The position numbers were made by a program, and so were the translations under genes. Positions 9,474-18,939 of a DNA stretch of 64,000 nt are shown here, piece after piece. The notes under the pieces were generated by a model, which saw only the letters and a program-made list of their open reading frames with translations, did no database searches and was not told the DNA's origin. How positions within the stretch are numbered: the first letter of the stretch is position 1; every line of letters begins with the position of its first letter. The stretch lies in IMG/VR virus record IMGVR_UViG_3300032770_000002, positions 62,001-126,000 of that record; one strand, 5' to 3'.

Positions 9474-10316
9474 GTGAACGCAAGATTGGTTATTGACGAG
9501 CACTGCGGCTTCTGTCCGGACGACCGTGTGGGTGACACTGTTTTGGAGAAGTGTCCAAAGTGCCACTCAAAGACGATCTTCAAAGGGCACAGCGGCAAGG
9601 CCTCAAAGTTTGAGTGCCCGAAATGCGGGCATAAGTTTCAAAAGGAACTAGCAAGTCACAAAGAAGCACACGAGTCATTGTTGACTGAGTTCGGAAATGT
9701 GCAGGCATGTCGACAATGCCGTATTACTTTTCCACACTACAGTAATAAGCATGGTCCGATTACACGATGTCCAGATTGTGGAAGCACTGATTTAGTTCAA
9801 TCTTCTGAGTTTTCGTCCTTACCGCCACATTCCAGAGAATATAACTGGAGCCAGACTCTTTATGGCCCATATCCAAAATCTGGTGAGCAGCTTCCAAAAC
9901 CTATTCAAAAACTATCTGATAATCCGTATAATTTAGCGCCAGACATCATTGCAGGACTACGTCGGAGTGCGGGGCTTAAGGAGACCCAGTTACTGGAGCG
10001 TAACTGGAGGTTTGGCCTGGACATCGACCTTGGGTCTCCTGAGTTTGAGGACGTTGACCCGGGTGAGGCTCGCCGGCTTGTCGTTGAGAGGCTTAGGCGC
10101 AAGATGAATGACGTGTCCAAGCTGGAAGCCTACGCGAAGAGCCAATACGAGGACATCATCGACGAGTTTGAGATGCTCAACGACGAGGCCGATGAGGATG
10201 AGTTCAACTACGTCATGCAGCGGCTCTATGACTGGGCCGACGACAATGAGATTTGGGTCGGAACTTTGACAAAAGGAACTGGTCCGAAAAGCGAGCAGGG
10301 CACGATTGAACTGTGA
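9474..10316 (+). CDS. Multi-module Zn-ribbon protein with shared N-terminal leader (MNARLVIDE)
   Basis: Five CxxC pairs (CGFC, CPKC, CPKC, CRQC, CPDC) and an acidic C-terminal domain ending LYDWADDNEIWV. Confidence 0.7.
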   Translation: MNARLVIDEHCGFCPDDRVGDTVLEKCPKCHSKTIFKGHSGKASKFECPKCGHKFQKELASHKEAHESLLTEFGNVQACRQCRITFPHYSNKHGPITRCPDCGSTDLVQSSEFSSLPPHSREYNWSQTLYGPYPKSGEQLPKPIQKLSDNPYNLAPDIIAGLRRSAGLKETQLLERNWRFGLDIDLGSPEFEDVDPGEARRLVVERLRRKMNDVSKLEAYAKSQYEDIIDEFEMLNDEADEDEFNYVMQRLYDWADDNEIWVGTLTKGTGPKSEQGTIEL

Positions 10317-10735
10317 GGGCCCGTGACGTCATTGATGAAGTTCACGACCACGCGCTTGGCGAGGTCCTCGTCCCATTCACGGCTGATGACCTGATAGAGA
10401 TCAGCCAGCTCGTTCACGACCTCATGGCCGACAGTGCTTACTACATCAGTGACCTGATGGCTAGTCAATATCGCCTGAAGTTCACCCTTGACGACGTGAA
10501 CTACCAGCGTGAACGGGTAAAATACTCGCTTGAAACAGGGCACGAGCTTCCGCCACTGTTTGGAGTCGTTGGGGCTTTCTCGTGGGCGCTTCTTAAGACC
10601 GACAAAGGGTGGACGTCAGCCGTCCTCGGACCAACTTCGGCTACTATTCCTCGGGATTCAACTTATCACCGTGACTTGCGCAGAGCTTTTCTCGATTTTG
10701 TCAATCACCAAGATTCCATAGACTTAAGCCAATGA
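10313..10735 (+). CDS. Leader-bearing hypothetical (MRARDVIDE)
   Basis: GTGA overlap with upstream stop; shared leader. Confidence 0.7.
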   Translation: MRARDVIDEVHDHALGEVLVPFTADDLIEISQLVHDLMADSAYYISDLMASQYRLKFTLDDVNYQRERVKYSLETGHELPPLFGVVGAFSWALLKTDKGWTSAVLGPTSATIPRDSTYHRDLRRAFLDFVNHQDSIDLSQ

Positions 10736-10920
10736 AGGCTCGTGAACTCATTGACCACCTGACGCACACGTCCGTTCGCACGTTGCGGCGTGACTTGTTC
10801 GCCAAGACACTGGGTGATTTGGCCATTGAAAAACGAAGCCAGAAGGACAGAGATCGTGAGCGAGTTTGGCGGGCCATCTCAACTGGACAGCGGCAACTAC
10901 GATATCGACGGCGCCACTAG
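10732..10920 (+). CDS. Leader-bearing small protein (MKARELIDHL)
   Basis: Similar to 26238..26456 (IDHL...LRxLxxxLFA). Confidence 0.65.
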   Translation: MKARELIDHLTHTSVRTLRRDLFAKTLGDLAIEKRSQKDRDRERVWRAISTGQRQLRYRRRH

Positions 10921-11435
10921 ACAGGCGGCGGGCGGTGCAGTTTAAGCGCTCTCTTCAGCCAACCATCCTTGATCCATATCGTCTCCAAGACTCCGGTCTG
11001 CCACAACTGAGCCGGCGCGATCTCGTCAGCATCCACGCGGCTATTGAAGGGTTCGATGCCACCGCCACGAAGATAGAGTGTCACGATGCTTGAACAGATG
11101 CGGCTCGCCTTTCGATGTTTGGACCACGGGTTGAAGAAGCGCTCAAGGGCTGAAATTTCATAGGGCGTTCCGAGAAACGGCCTGATGGCTTCATGCCCGT
11201 TTTTGACGTTAAATGAGTGCGGACGCCTGATGCACACGAGGTGCTTGTCGACGCGAGCTGAGTAGATGTTGACCCCGTTAATCCGGGCGGCAACGACGTC
11301 GTCATCACGCCAAACTGACTCAACGTGAGCGAGCCACGTCCACGTCTTGATGGCGATGAGAAGTCCGACTAGTTCACTCGGGGAGTAGAAGAGAACGTCA
11401 CCCGGTAGGAGGTCAGGAATGTCCGCTATTTCCAT
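10917..11435 (-). CDS. Permuted papain-like amidase (YiiX/YaeF-type NlpC/P60)
   Basis: LLPGDVLFY, AHVE (His before Cys), LGTPY, ICSSIV. Confidence 0.8.
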   Translation of the reverse strand: MEIADIPDLLPGDVLFYSPSELVGLLIAIKTWTWLAHVESVWRDDDVVAARINGVNIYSARVDKHLVCIRRPHSFNVKNGHEAIRPFLGTPYEISALERFFNPWSKHRKASRICSSIVTLYLRGGGIEPFNSRVDADEIAPAQLWQTGVLETIWIKDGWLKRALKLHRPPPV

Positions 11436-12735
11436 TTGCCTTGTTGGTCAACGGATATGGTTTGTCTGGATTTGGAACATTTAAAAACCTGCACAGTTCG
11501 CTCCAGTCACCGCCCTTGCCCATGTCCATGACCAACAGGTCCTCGGGCCGGTCTTTGAAGTGCTCAATGACTTCGGCGTTGTGTCTTCGATAACGTTCCA
11601 AAAATACGGTCGGTTCAAAGTCCGTTCTACCATAAAGTATTTGGTGGACACGGTTGGAAAAAGGGTCGTTGTCCCAAGCCGCGCGAAACGGGTTGAGCCT
11701 AGGGTCCCAATGGTTTCGCACGCTAGTCAACCAGTCTTGCTCATCGCGAATTGTCAGGATAAATTTGGACCTAGGGTATGCGGCGTCAAGCTTTCGAAAG
11801 AGCATCGGGATTGGCAGGTCCGTGGCCGCGTAGCACCTTTCGAGTGTGGGTGACCTTCCAAACTGGTTCATCTCACGCCAAACGGCTTTGGCCCAGTGCG
11901 CACTCGGCCAATGAGCGCACTTGAAGCCAAGTATCGTCAGGGCGTGGTGCAGGCTGGTCGTGGCCGTCTTGTGCATGCCTATGCCGAAGACGCGCGTTGG
12001 AACTGGATTGACGTGAATCACGCCGTCGCCAAAGTTTTTGAACACTGCCCCGCACCCGATGACGCCGCTGTTGGCTACCGTGGCGTGTGGCTCAATGTGA
12101 AAGTCTTCGCTGATGTTGAAAGCGGCTTCAGGGTAGTCCTTAAACCGCATCTTGTCATTGTGCAGGATGGCCTGCAGAAAGCGTGGGTCAATTTCACGGC
12201 CGTCAAAGCCAAGCCGGCGCAGCCTTGCATTGAAGTCCTTGTCATCCGGGCTGTAGGTGTGATATTTCTCATCATAGCCACCGGCTATGAAAAAGGCCGA
12301 ACGTGAGACGGCGATTCGGCCACTAATTCCGCGTGGCAGACGGTTTTCACCTTCCTTGACCATGCGCGACCACAGGAAGATGTCATCGCCGCTTTGAAAC
12401 TGCTCCCTGACATAGTCGGCAAAGCCTTCACCTGTAAAATTGTCCGCGTCTAGGTTGACCAAGACGTCACCGCCCTCGATCGCCCCAAGCCGGTGGGCAA
12501 GGTTCTTCGCGTGAGCCATGTGGAACGCAACAGGTTCCTTATACTGGTAGACGACGAGCCGACCACTTTCGATGTCCTTGGCGTGATTTGACTTCAAGTA
12601 ACTGGTCAAGCCGTCTTGATCATTGTAATCCACGACTACGAAGCGAGCTTCGGGATTGTGGGCCAAATTCCGAGGCAGCGTTCGTTCGAGGTGCTGCACC
12701 CGGCCTTTGCACGTGGTGCAGAAGACGATGTTCAT
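11413..12735 (-). CDS. GT2 glycosyltransferase fused to sulfotransferase domain
   Basis: N-half: CTTCKGR, VVVDY, LVNLDAD, GGYDE..DD.DF. C-half: VFGIGMHKTATTSL (5'-PSB loop), ATDLP, KFILTIRD..DWLTS, GDWSELCRFL. Confidence 0.85.
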   Translation of the reverse strand: MNIVFCTTCKGRVQHLERTLPRNLAHNPEARFVVVDYNDQDGLTSYLKSNHAKDIESGRLVVYQYKEPVAFHMAHAKNLAHRLGAIEGGDVLVNLDADNFTGEGFADYVREQFQSGDDIFLWSRMVKEGENRLPRGISGRIAVSRSAFFIAGGYDEKYHTYSPDDKDFNARLRRLGFDGREIDPRFLQAILHNDKMRFKDYPEAAFNISEDFHIEPHATVANSGVIGCGAVFKNFGDGVIHVNPVPTRVFGIGMHKTATTSLHHALTILGFKCAHWPSAHWAKAVWREMNQFGRSPTLERCYAATDLPIPMLFRKLDAAYPRSKFILTIRDEQDWLTSVRNHWDPRLNPFRAAWDNDPFSNRVHQILYGRTDFEPTVFLERYRRHNAEVIEHFKDRPEDLLVMDMGKGGDWSELCRFLNVPNPDKPYPLTNKANGNSGHS

Positions 12736-13289
12736 AGATTTCTTAATATGAATAAGCTGTCCCAGTAATTTAGTGAGTTCGGCTTTCCATAGAGCCGGTG
12801 TTGCCGCACGTTATACCACCGCCGAAGTTTTTGAACGAGCTCAGCCATAAACTCCTTGCTGCGTCGTGCGGGAGTGTGCTGGTGAAATTCCACCGTGATT
12901 TGGTCGGCTGGTGGGTGTTCCAAGTTCCACAGGATCTCATATTCGCCTCCTTCGCAGTCTAACTTAATAGCGTCCCAATGGGCTACGCCGACAATTTCGC
13001 TGAAAGACTTGATGGTCCAAACATTGAGGCGATCGCCACTGACGAGTTGACGGGCTAAAGGGTCCGGGTCATGGCTGACGTCACCATAACCGTCAGCCGC
13101 GGCGATGCCACAGCGGTAATAGTGCTGGGAATTGCCGAGGTCATCAATGTCAACCTCGTAGACCCTGGCATGAAAACGCTTGCGCAATTCATTTCCAAAG
13201 CCAAAGCCACGGCAACCGACGTCGAGCACGGTGCAACCGGGTTTCAAGAGCGCCGTGTCCAACGTGTGCTCTTGAAACGTTTCCAACAT
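12732..13289 (-). CDS. FkbM-family SAM-dependent methyltransferase
   Basis: VLDVGC motif I, IKLDCEGGEYEIL, QITVEFH. Confidence 0.82.
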   Translation of the reverse strand: MLETFQEHTLDTALLKPGCTVLDVGCRGFGFGNELRKRFHARVYEVDIDDLGNSQHYYRCGIAAADGYGDVSHDPDPLARQLVSGDRLNVWTIKSFSEIVGVAHWDAIKLDCEGGEYEILWNLEHPPADQITVEFHQHTPARRSKEFMAELVQKLRRWYNVRQHRLYGKPNSLNYWDSLFILRNL

Positions 13290-13291
13290 AG

Positions 13292-14047
13292 TCAGGTTTT
13301 GGTTTTGTTGCTGCCGTGGTGGTGATGGTGGTGTTGACGTCGAGACCTTCTTGGAATGCCTGTGGTAGGCGGCATCAGGATAATCACATCACCGTCATTG
13401 TTCAGCAGGCTCTCAAAGTCTTTAAGCGTTAAATAGAATCGTCCTCGCAGGCCCCAAGATTCGCCCCACGAGTTGTCAAAAATCAGTCTTTCACCGTTTT
13501 GGTCGAACTCACGACACAGTATCTCATGGCCACCGGCTATGGCCCCAGTTGGACGCACTCGGCCATCAGCGTCTGGCGTAAACATTCTCTCGTGCCAGTC
13601 ACACCCGAACAAAAACGGATACGCTGACAACGCCAGCAAAACAGAACTAATGTCAAAGCAGTGCTGATAGCTGGTAATCACGCCAGCGTGGGCCAGGACC
13701 TTTGCGCACGTCAAACCACTGCTGCCGTTGTCATTCGGCGGATACGGGCCGTCACCGTCAAGGTTCTCCTCGTCATTGTAAAGCTTCAAGACTCCGGCCT
13801 GGTCGAGTGAGTATGGGTTGTGCGCCAGGTTGTCGAAGAGTGGGCTTGTGCCAAGGTTGCCTATCCCGGCGTCTCCAGTGCATGAGCCAACTTCGCCTTG
13901 ATCGAGGATTGGGATGTGCCTTTGGTGGACAACACTCTTGATCTGCAGGCCCTCCGTTCGGAAGGTAAATCGACGGCTTTCACTGTCGTGGTTGACGTGC
14001 CGGCCAAGTTTCGGGTGTGGGTGTGCGTAACGTCTTTTGGTGATCAT
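13292..14047 (-). CDS. Papain-family (C1) cysteine peptidase
   Basis: LDQGEVGSCTG (Gln, Cys), GGHEI (His), FDNSWGESWG (Asn); C-terminal HHHHHH. Confidence 0.88.
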   Translation of the reverse strand: MITKRRYAHPHPKLGRHVNHDSESRRFTFRTEGLQIKSVVHQRHIPILDQGEVGSCTGDAGIGNLGTSPLFDNLAHNPYSLDQAGVLKLYNDEENLDGDGPYPPNDNGSSGLTCAKVLAHAGVITSYQHCFDISSVLLALSAYPFLFGCDWHERMFTPDADGRVRPTGAIAGGHEILCREFDQNGERLIFDNSWGESWGLRGRFYLTLKDFESLLNNDGDVIILMPPTTGIPRRSRRQHHHHHHGSNKTKT

Positions 14048-14110
14048 AACACGCTAGATACATCAATTTTTGGTTCAACGTTCTAGGCTGCATGACTCAG
14101 TCAGGAAGCC

Positions 14111-14383
14111 GTGTATCTCGCGCTGTGTTTTACGCAGACTGAGTGCCATGACGAGTGGCTGGTGGTTCAACGACGCCTGCTGCCAATGATTCGAACTCGG
14201 GCCCGATTTAAGGAGCGTGTGCCACCGTCAGTCGAGTGTGAGTTGGCCCACATCGGGTCGATTGGCAATATCCAAGTTTTCCTTGAGCTTAAGGCCGACT
14301 CCTTTTCCTATGACTTCATGTGTGGCAGCAACCTTGGAGCGGCCGTTGGACAGGTCATCAACCACCCGCACTTCGGAGCCTGA
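14111..14383 (+). CDS. Hypothetical protein
   Basis: 90 aa ORF filling the gap before the neck gene. Confidence 0.4.
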   Translation: MYLALCFTQTECHDEWLVVQRRLLPMIRTRARFKERVPPSVECELAHIGSIGNIQVFLELKADSFSYDFMCGSNLGAAVGQVINHPHFGA

Positions 14384-14394
14384 TTGTTAGGCTG

Positions 14395-15132
14395 ATGACG
14401 GTTCAAGCAGACCAAAGCGTCAACCAAGACACGCTGCCGTATCCCTACACTCGGGAACAGCTCAAGGACTTTATCTTTCGCCAGCTTGGCAGTCCGCAGT
14501 GGACGATTGAGTTGACAACTCAGCAAGCTTACGACGCGATCTCAGTCGCATTTAACGAGTATTGCATCTGGCGGCCACGCATTCGCTATGGCTCGGTTCG
14601 CCTGATTCGCAACGTCGTGATGTATATGAAGGGCCAGGACATTGGCACTGTCGTCAATGTCGATTTTGTCGATACCCTGCCGACCCCAACTGAGATCTTT
14701 TACGGCAACTTGATTTCGCCGGCTCCTCTGCTGCGGACTGGCCTTGATGAGTATGCCAACTTCCTCAACTGGAGAAGGACCTGGCAGCGCGTGACGTCAG
14801 TGTTGCCTGACTGGCTCTACGACGACCAGGAGAAGGTGCTTTACGTCCACAACCCTGTTGAACGCTACCACTGTGGCATCACGGCCCACCAGCGATATAC
14901 TGACGTGAACGTCCTGGACTTCGTTGGGGCCAACTGGGTTCGTGACTACGCCTTGGCAAGGGCGCGTTACATCTACGGGGAGTTTCTGGCCAAGTTTGGC
15001 AACGCCATTCCTGCGCCATTCAAGGACCTGTCACTTGACAACCAGAAGCGTCAAGAGGCCAACACTCAGATGAAGGACCTGATGGAACACTTGAAAGCCA
15101 TGCAGGTTCCTGTTCCTTTCTACACAGACTAG
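14395..15132 (+). CDS. Neck protein, T4 gp13-like
   Basis: TREQLKDFIFRQLGSPQWTIEL and WVRDYALARARYIYGEFLAKF match the gp13 N- and C-terminal signatures; ATG 14395. Confidence 0.82.
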   Translation: MTVQADQSVNQDTLPYPYTREQLKDFIFRQLGSPQWTIELTTQQAYDAISVAFNEYCIWRPRIRYGSVRLIRNVVMYMKGQDIGTVVNVDFVDTLPTPTEIFYGNLISPAPLLRTGLDEYANFLNWRRTWQRVTSVLPDWLYDDQEKVLYVHNPVERYHCGITAHQRYTDVNVLDFVGANWVRDYALARARYIYGEFLAKFGNAIPAPFKDLSLDNQKRQEANTQMKDLMEHLKAMQVPVPFYTD

Positions 15133-16253
15133 TGGGCCTCTTCCTTTTGGGCCGCCGACTTCTTCTTGGCCGTGGCGCTGGGAGTTTTTGGGATGAGCGA
15201 CATGACCACTTCGTATTGGTCCTTGTGGTGCCGCTTCACGTGGTCATCAAGCTGCGACCGAAAATTGTAGGTCGTCTTTTCACTCGAACAGATTGGGCAA
15301 CTAAATCGCCGCTTTCCACCGGGTTCTGTGGCAGGAGGTTGGGCCTCTTCCGCAGCGGGTGGTTCACTAGTAGGCTGGACTTCAGCCGTCGCTGGCTGAT
15401 TTAAAGTCGGCGAAGGAAGGTCCGTCGGCGGCTTAAACCCAGAAATTTCTTCAACCACAGCGGCTGAAGGAGCTACTTGTTCCACGACTGGAGCTTCGTC
15501 GACTGCGCCGACAACAGGCGATTCGGACGCTTCGGCCAAGGCTTGAGTTTCAGCTTCTTGCTGCATTCGTTGGGCTTCAAGTTCCTGTCGGCGTGGTGAG
15601 ATGACGGCCATCGGCACGCCCTTTGGGGTGCCTGGAGGCAACCTGACGCCCTGTGATTCTTGTTGTGGCTGCGGTTGTTTCGGCGGAACGGTGATGACTG
15701 TCGGGGTCAATGGCCGACCGTCCAAGTTTGGCCTGTGTGACACGTCGCGGTCTGATACCGTCGAGGCCAGCGTCTGACGTGACTCATAGAGTTCGGCTGG
15801 AGGCAGTCCAGTCGTCTCCTTGATGGGTGATTCAGGCGCCATCTGACCACGTCCACGAATGAACCCGGCCTTGACGGCGTCGTCAAAATTTTGAAACGCA
15901 ATGACGCCTGATTCAGCATGGGCGTTTGGGGACGGGTGTTGGGTCCCATGCATTGAAGTTCCAGCAAAGCCTACGTTTCCTTGCCCAACTTGGCGCGGTC
16001 GTGGACAGAGAACGAGTGGAACTGGCGTTGGTGAGACTTCCTTTTGAAGACCGCCTGGCCGAACGTAGCGTTCGAAAATCGGGTCATTGATCTTGACTTT
16101 CGACTTGGTCGTAATCGGCTGGCCCGGGTCGAGTTGAATAAACCCGCCGCCAAGGGCCGGAATTGGGCCGATGTTGATTGGGTGTTTGTGCGGGTTGATA
16201 TACCCGACCGTGAGCGTGGTCTTCTGTGTGGTCTTCTGTTCAGTAGAAGGCAT
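15129..16253 (-). CDS. Hypothetical Pro/Glu-rich protein with C-terminal C2H2 zinc finger
   Basis: CPIC...QLDDHVKRHH. Confidence 0.65.
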   Translation of the reverse strand: MPSTEQKTTQKTTLTVGYINPHKHPINIGPIPALGGGFIQLDPGQPITTKSKVKINDPIFERYVRPGGLQKEVSPTPVPLVLCPRPRQVGQGNVGFAGTSMHGTQHPSPNAHAESGVIAFQNFDDAVKAGFIRGRGQMAPESPIKETTGLPPAELYESRQTLASTVSDRDVSHRPNLDGRPLTPTVITVPPKQPQPQQESQGVRLPPGTPKGVPMAVISPRRQELEAQRMQQEAETQALAEASESPVVGAVDEAPVVEQVAPSAAVVEEISGFKPPTDLPSPTLNQPATAEVQPTSEPPAAEEAQPPATEPGGKRRFSCPICSSEKTTYNFRSQLDDHVKRHHKDQYEVVMSLIPKTPSATAKKKSAAQKEEAH

Positions 16254-16324
16254 ATGCGTTTTGGCGTATTGGTTGCCTGGTCTCTAGAACATGACAACCT
16301 GCGCGGGTTCAGCGAGATGTGACT

Positions 16325-16900
16325 TTATTGAACTTCAACTTCTTTGGACGCGGCTTTGCCACACTTGACGATGTAGAGAATTGCGGCAAGTGAGTCAGCA
16401 ATGCCTTCGGCCAAAGCTGAGTTGATCCCCTTCTTTCGTTTCATCGTAGGCCAAGGGACATTCGGAAAGAATTTTGAGACGGCCTTGATGACTTCATCCT
16501 TTTCAGCATGCCGGTCTCCGCAGCACCACAGCTTTGAATCGTAAGGGCTGATGAGCTCAAGCTTGTCATGCTTGAAATAAGACTCGACGGTGGCGATCGT
16601 AAGGGCCGTCGCGAACCCCATTCCCTTGATGGCGAGAGCCGACCTGGCTCCAGACGTTGGCAGTTCCAACACGACGAGTGACGGTCGAAACCTGTCATGG
16701 GTCTCACGGAGCCACTTGCTGATCATTGAAATGCGGCGGTGGTCGTCCAAGATCACAGACACCCGGTCTTCACGGCGTTCCGTCTCAAGTGTTTCACCGT
16801 GCTTGAAGTCTAGTATGGGCTGGTCGGCCGATGTGTTGTCAAAGTCAACAATGGCGCACCCAGGGTGGGTGTATCCACAGTCAATTCCCATGATGATCAT
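16325..16900 (-). CDS. ruvC: Holliday junction resolvase RuvC
   Basis: IMGIDCG (D), VVLE (E), G..HAEKDEV, ADSLAA (D). Confidence 0.88.
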   Translation of the reverse strand: MIIMGIDCGYTHPGCAIVDFDNTSADQPILDFKHGETLETERREDRVSVILDDHRRISMISKWLRETHDRFRPSLVVLELPTSGARSALAIKGMGFATALTIATVESYFKHDKLELISPYDSKLWCCGDRHAEKDEVIKAVSKFFPNVPWPTMKRKKGINSALAEGIADSLAAILYIVKCGKAASKEVEVQ

Positions 16901-17115
16901 AGTGGCGTCAGTTCCTCAGGAGCAAATGTAATCGGGGCCGCGTTAAGCCACTCGTCAAGCCTGACTTTTATGACGACGTAGCCGAGTTCGCGGCAAACTT
17001 TAGTGACGGTGCCCACTCGGCGTAGGTGGCGTTCAGTGACGCTTCGATTAACTTTGACCTTGGAGTTGACCAAGAATCGTCGCTTGGCTTCTTCAAGGCT
17101 CATTTTCGATTCCAA
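16897..17115 (-). CDS. Hypothetical small protein (SH3/KOW-like beta)
   Basis: 72 aa, overlaps ruvC start. Confidence 0.5.
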   Translation of the reverse strand: MESKMSLEEAKRRFLVNSKVKVNRSVTERHLRRVGTVTKVCRELGYVVIKVRLDEWLNAAPITFAPEELTPL

Positions 17116-17327
17116 ATCTCATTGGCAATCGACTTGATCGTCGAGGCGTAGTGAACGGCTTCAAGCCCTTCGATGGGCCGACCATTGACGATTGGACGTT
17201 TTGGCTTGGACTGGGCCTTAAGAGACTTTTCAAAGGCGTCGCGAGGATACATGCGCCCTGGCCATGATCGGGTTGTGGCTCGGGCTAGGACTCCTTTAAT
17301 AACGTGCTTTACCGCGTCGTCGCTCAT
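17100..17327 (-). CDS. Hypothetical protein
   Basis: 75 aa in a coupled minus-strand operon. Confidence 0.5.
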   Translation of the reverse strand: MSDDAVKHVIKGVLARATTRSWPGRMYPRDAFEKSLKAQSKPKRPIVNGRPIEGLEAVHYASTIKSIANEIWNRK

Positions 17328-17728
17328 TTTGTCGTGGGCGTGTTCGTCATGCTCAAGAACTTGGCCAGTTGCGGTGACGCCTGCAACTGTCCTTTGGCGT
17401 CACGGGCAAAAAGCATCGTTTGACCGGCTGCTGAGCAAGCTTCTGGGCCGACGGCCAAGCGTTGGCTAAAGCTGCCTGATGGCAAGCCACCGAACGTGAT
17501 TTCAAACATGACGTCTGTTCTGGGCACCCCATTGGTGTTCGTTGGAATGAGCCCAATTTCCGTTCGCGCGTAGCCCAATTTTGCTTCGTAAAGTTGTGTC
17601 GCTGGATTCTGGGCGACTGAAAACCCGAGCACCGTCCCAGAAGCGACAAAAACGTGGTCCTTGACCGCCGCACACCCGGCTTGAAGAATCAACGCCAGGA
17701 GCGCCACATATTTTAATGATTTTGTCAT
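17324..17728 (-). CDS. Predicted lipoprotein
   Basis: MTKSLKYVALLALILQAG-C lipobox. Confidence 0.65.
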   Translation of the reverse strand: MTKSLKYVALLALILQAGCAAVKDHVFVASGTVLGFSVAQNPATQLYEAKLGYARTEIGLIPTNTNGVPRTDVMFEITFGGLPSGSFSQRLAVGPEACSAAGQTMLFARDAKGQLQASPQLAKFLSMTNTPTTK

Positions 17729-17759
17729 ATTGTCTTATCTACTTGCGATTTTGTGAAAT

Positions 17760-17794
17760 TTTTTGTTTACAAATCACGGCCATTGTGGTATATT
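17760..17794 (+). promoter_or_regulatory. Early sigma70-type promoter (T4-early-like)
   Basis: TTTTTGTTTACA (-35 TTTACA 17766-71), 17 bp, TGTGG-TATATT (17789-94). Confidence 0.8.
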
Positions 17795-17804
17795 CACACC
17801 AACG

Positions 17805-17948
17805 ATGAACACGACAACGCTCACTTTAACGCCGGCAATGCAGATCGCGCTGCATTTCAGCTGCCTAGCCCACGGCAACATTTTTCACCCACGTCGGCTC
17901 GTTTTTCACCTGTGCGGCATTCGCCGAGCAATCCTTGAGGTCATATGA
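17805..17948 (+). CDS. Small early protein (47 aa)
   Basis: ATG 10 nt after the -10; stop overlaps next ATG. Confidence 0.45.
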   Translation: MNTTTLTLTPAMQIALHFSCLAHGNIFHPRRLVFHLCGIRRAILEVI

Positions 17949-18430
17949 GTCAAGTCGCCAAAATCATCGAAGGTTGGCACCTCCTCTTTCGTGGAAGCCA
18001 CGGAGTCCCGACCATCGGGATCAAGGTCAAACTTCTGAAATACGACCCTGTGGCCGATCGGGCCTATCGCGAGGTCTGGGAGATGAATGAATACACGTTC
18101 ACGGTCAATCCGCGAAGGACTAAGGAATTTCTCGGCCTGACTGACTCCGATTACAAAAAGCTTCGCGAGGAGATGGAGGCAAAAGAGCGCGAGGTTTGGC
18201 CGCCTAGTGTCGTGCTGAACCCCCGCGAACCACTCAAGGGATTATCCGCCGGGTTTTGTGTCTTTTGCGGCGGCTCCCTCGGGGCACCGTATCAGGAAGA
18301 CCTGTATCACGAGGAGTGCCTTAAGGAGGAAGAGTCGAAGAGGTCACTGACACCAGAGACCCTGAACCAGTGCGTCATACCAAGAAAGAGACCCCATCAT
18401 GAGTTCATACTTCGACGCATTCGACCGTGA
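17945..18430 (+). CDS. Hypothetical early protein with Zn finger (CVFC...HEEC)
   Basis: 161 aa ORF. Confidence 0.6.
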   Translation: MSQVAKIIEGWHLLFRGSHGVPTIGIKVKLLKYDPVADRAYREVWEMNEYTFTVNPRRTKEFLGLTDSDYKKLREEMEAKEREVWPPSVVLNPREPLKGLSAGFCVFCGGSLGAPYQEDLYHEECLKEEESKRSLTPETLNQCVIPRKRPHHEFILRRIRP

Positions 18431-18917
18431 GGTCGCCGAACTGGCCAGAGCCTGCAAGTCAGACGAGGACTTTCTTAAAAACCTCGAGCTTCTGGAACAG
18501 CGGATGGTCAACGACTGCGAACTGTTCGCTGGCGACATTGAGACGCCAGAGGACGTTCGTCAGTGCATCATGGCCGTCATCTCACTTCAAGGCATTCGTT
18601 CCGACAAGAGTGGAAGCGCCAAAGCCAAGGAGATGGCCGTGTGCTGCAAGACGTCACCGCTCAGCCGAGACATGCACAGCCTGTGGCACGACATTGCCAG
18701 GATGCGTTATGAGTTTCGCTACGCGATGGTCTTCGATGACCCAGCCACGGCGGTCAAGCACCGTGACGAGTATGAGTGGGATGACAAGCCACTCAATCGA
18801 ACAGTCCGGCCATTTGAGATTCGAGACGCACCTGCTTATTGCAAGAAGGTGCTTGAAAAACTGGCCCATGGCCAAGACCCTGACTGGGAGGACATGAACA
18901 AGCAATATTATCCATGA
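18399..18917 (+). CDS. Hypothetical protein
   Basis: 172 aa ORF. Confidence 0.6.
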   Translation: MSSYFDAFDREVAELARACKSDEDFLKNLELLEQRMVNDCELFAGDIETPEDVRQCIMAVISLQGIRSDKSGSAKAKEMAVCCKTSPLSRDMHSLWHDIARMRYEFRYAMVFDDPATAVKHRDEYEWDDKPLNRTVRPFEIRDAPAYCKKVLEKLAHGQDPDWEDMNKQYYP

Positions 18918-18939
18918 ACAAGCAATATTATCCATGAAC
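18894..18939 (+). repeat. 20-bp tandem duplication ATGAACAAGCAATATTATCC x2 plus ATGAAC
   Basis: Seen directly at 18894-18913, 18914-18933, 18934-18939. Confidence 0.95.
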
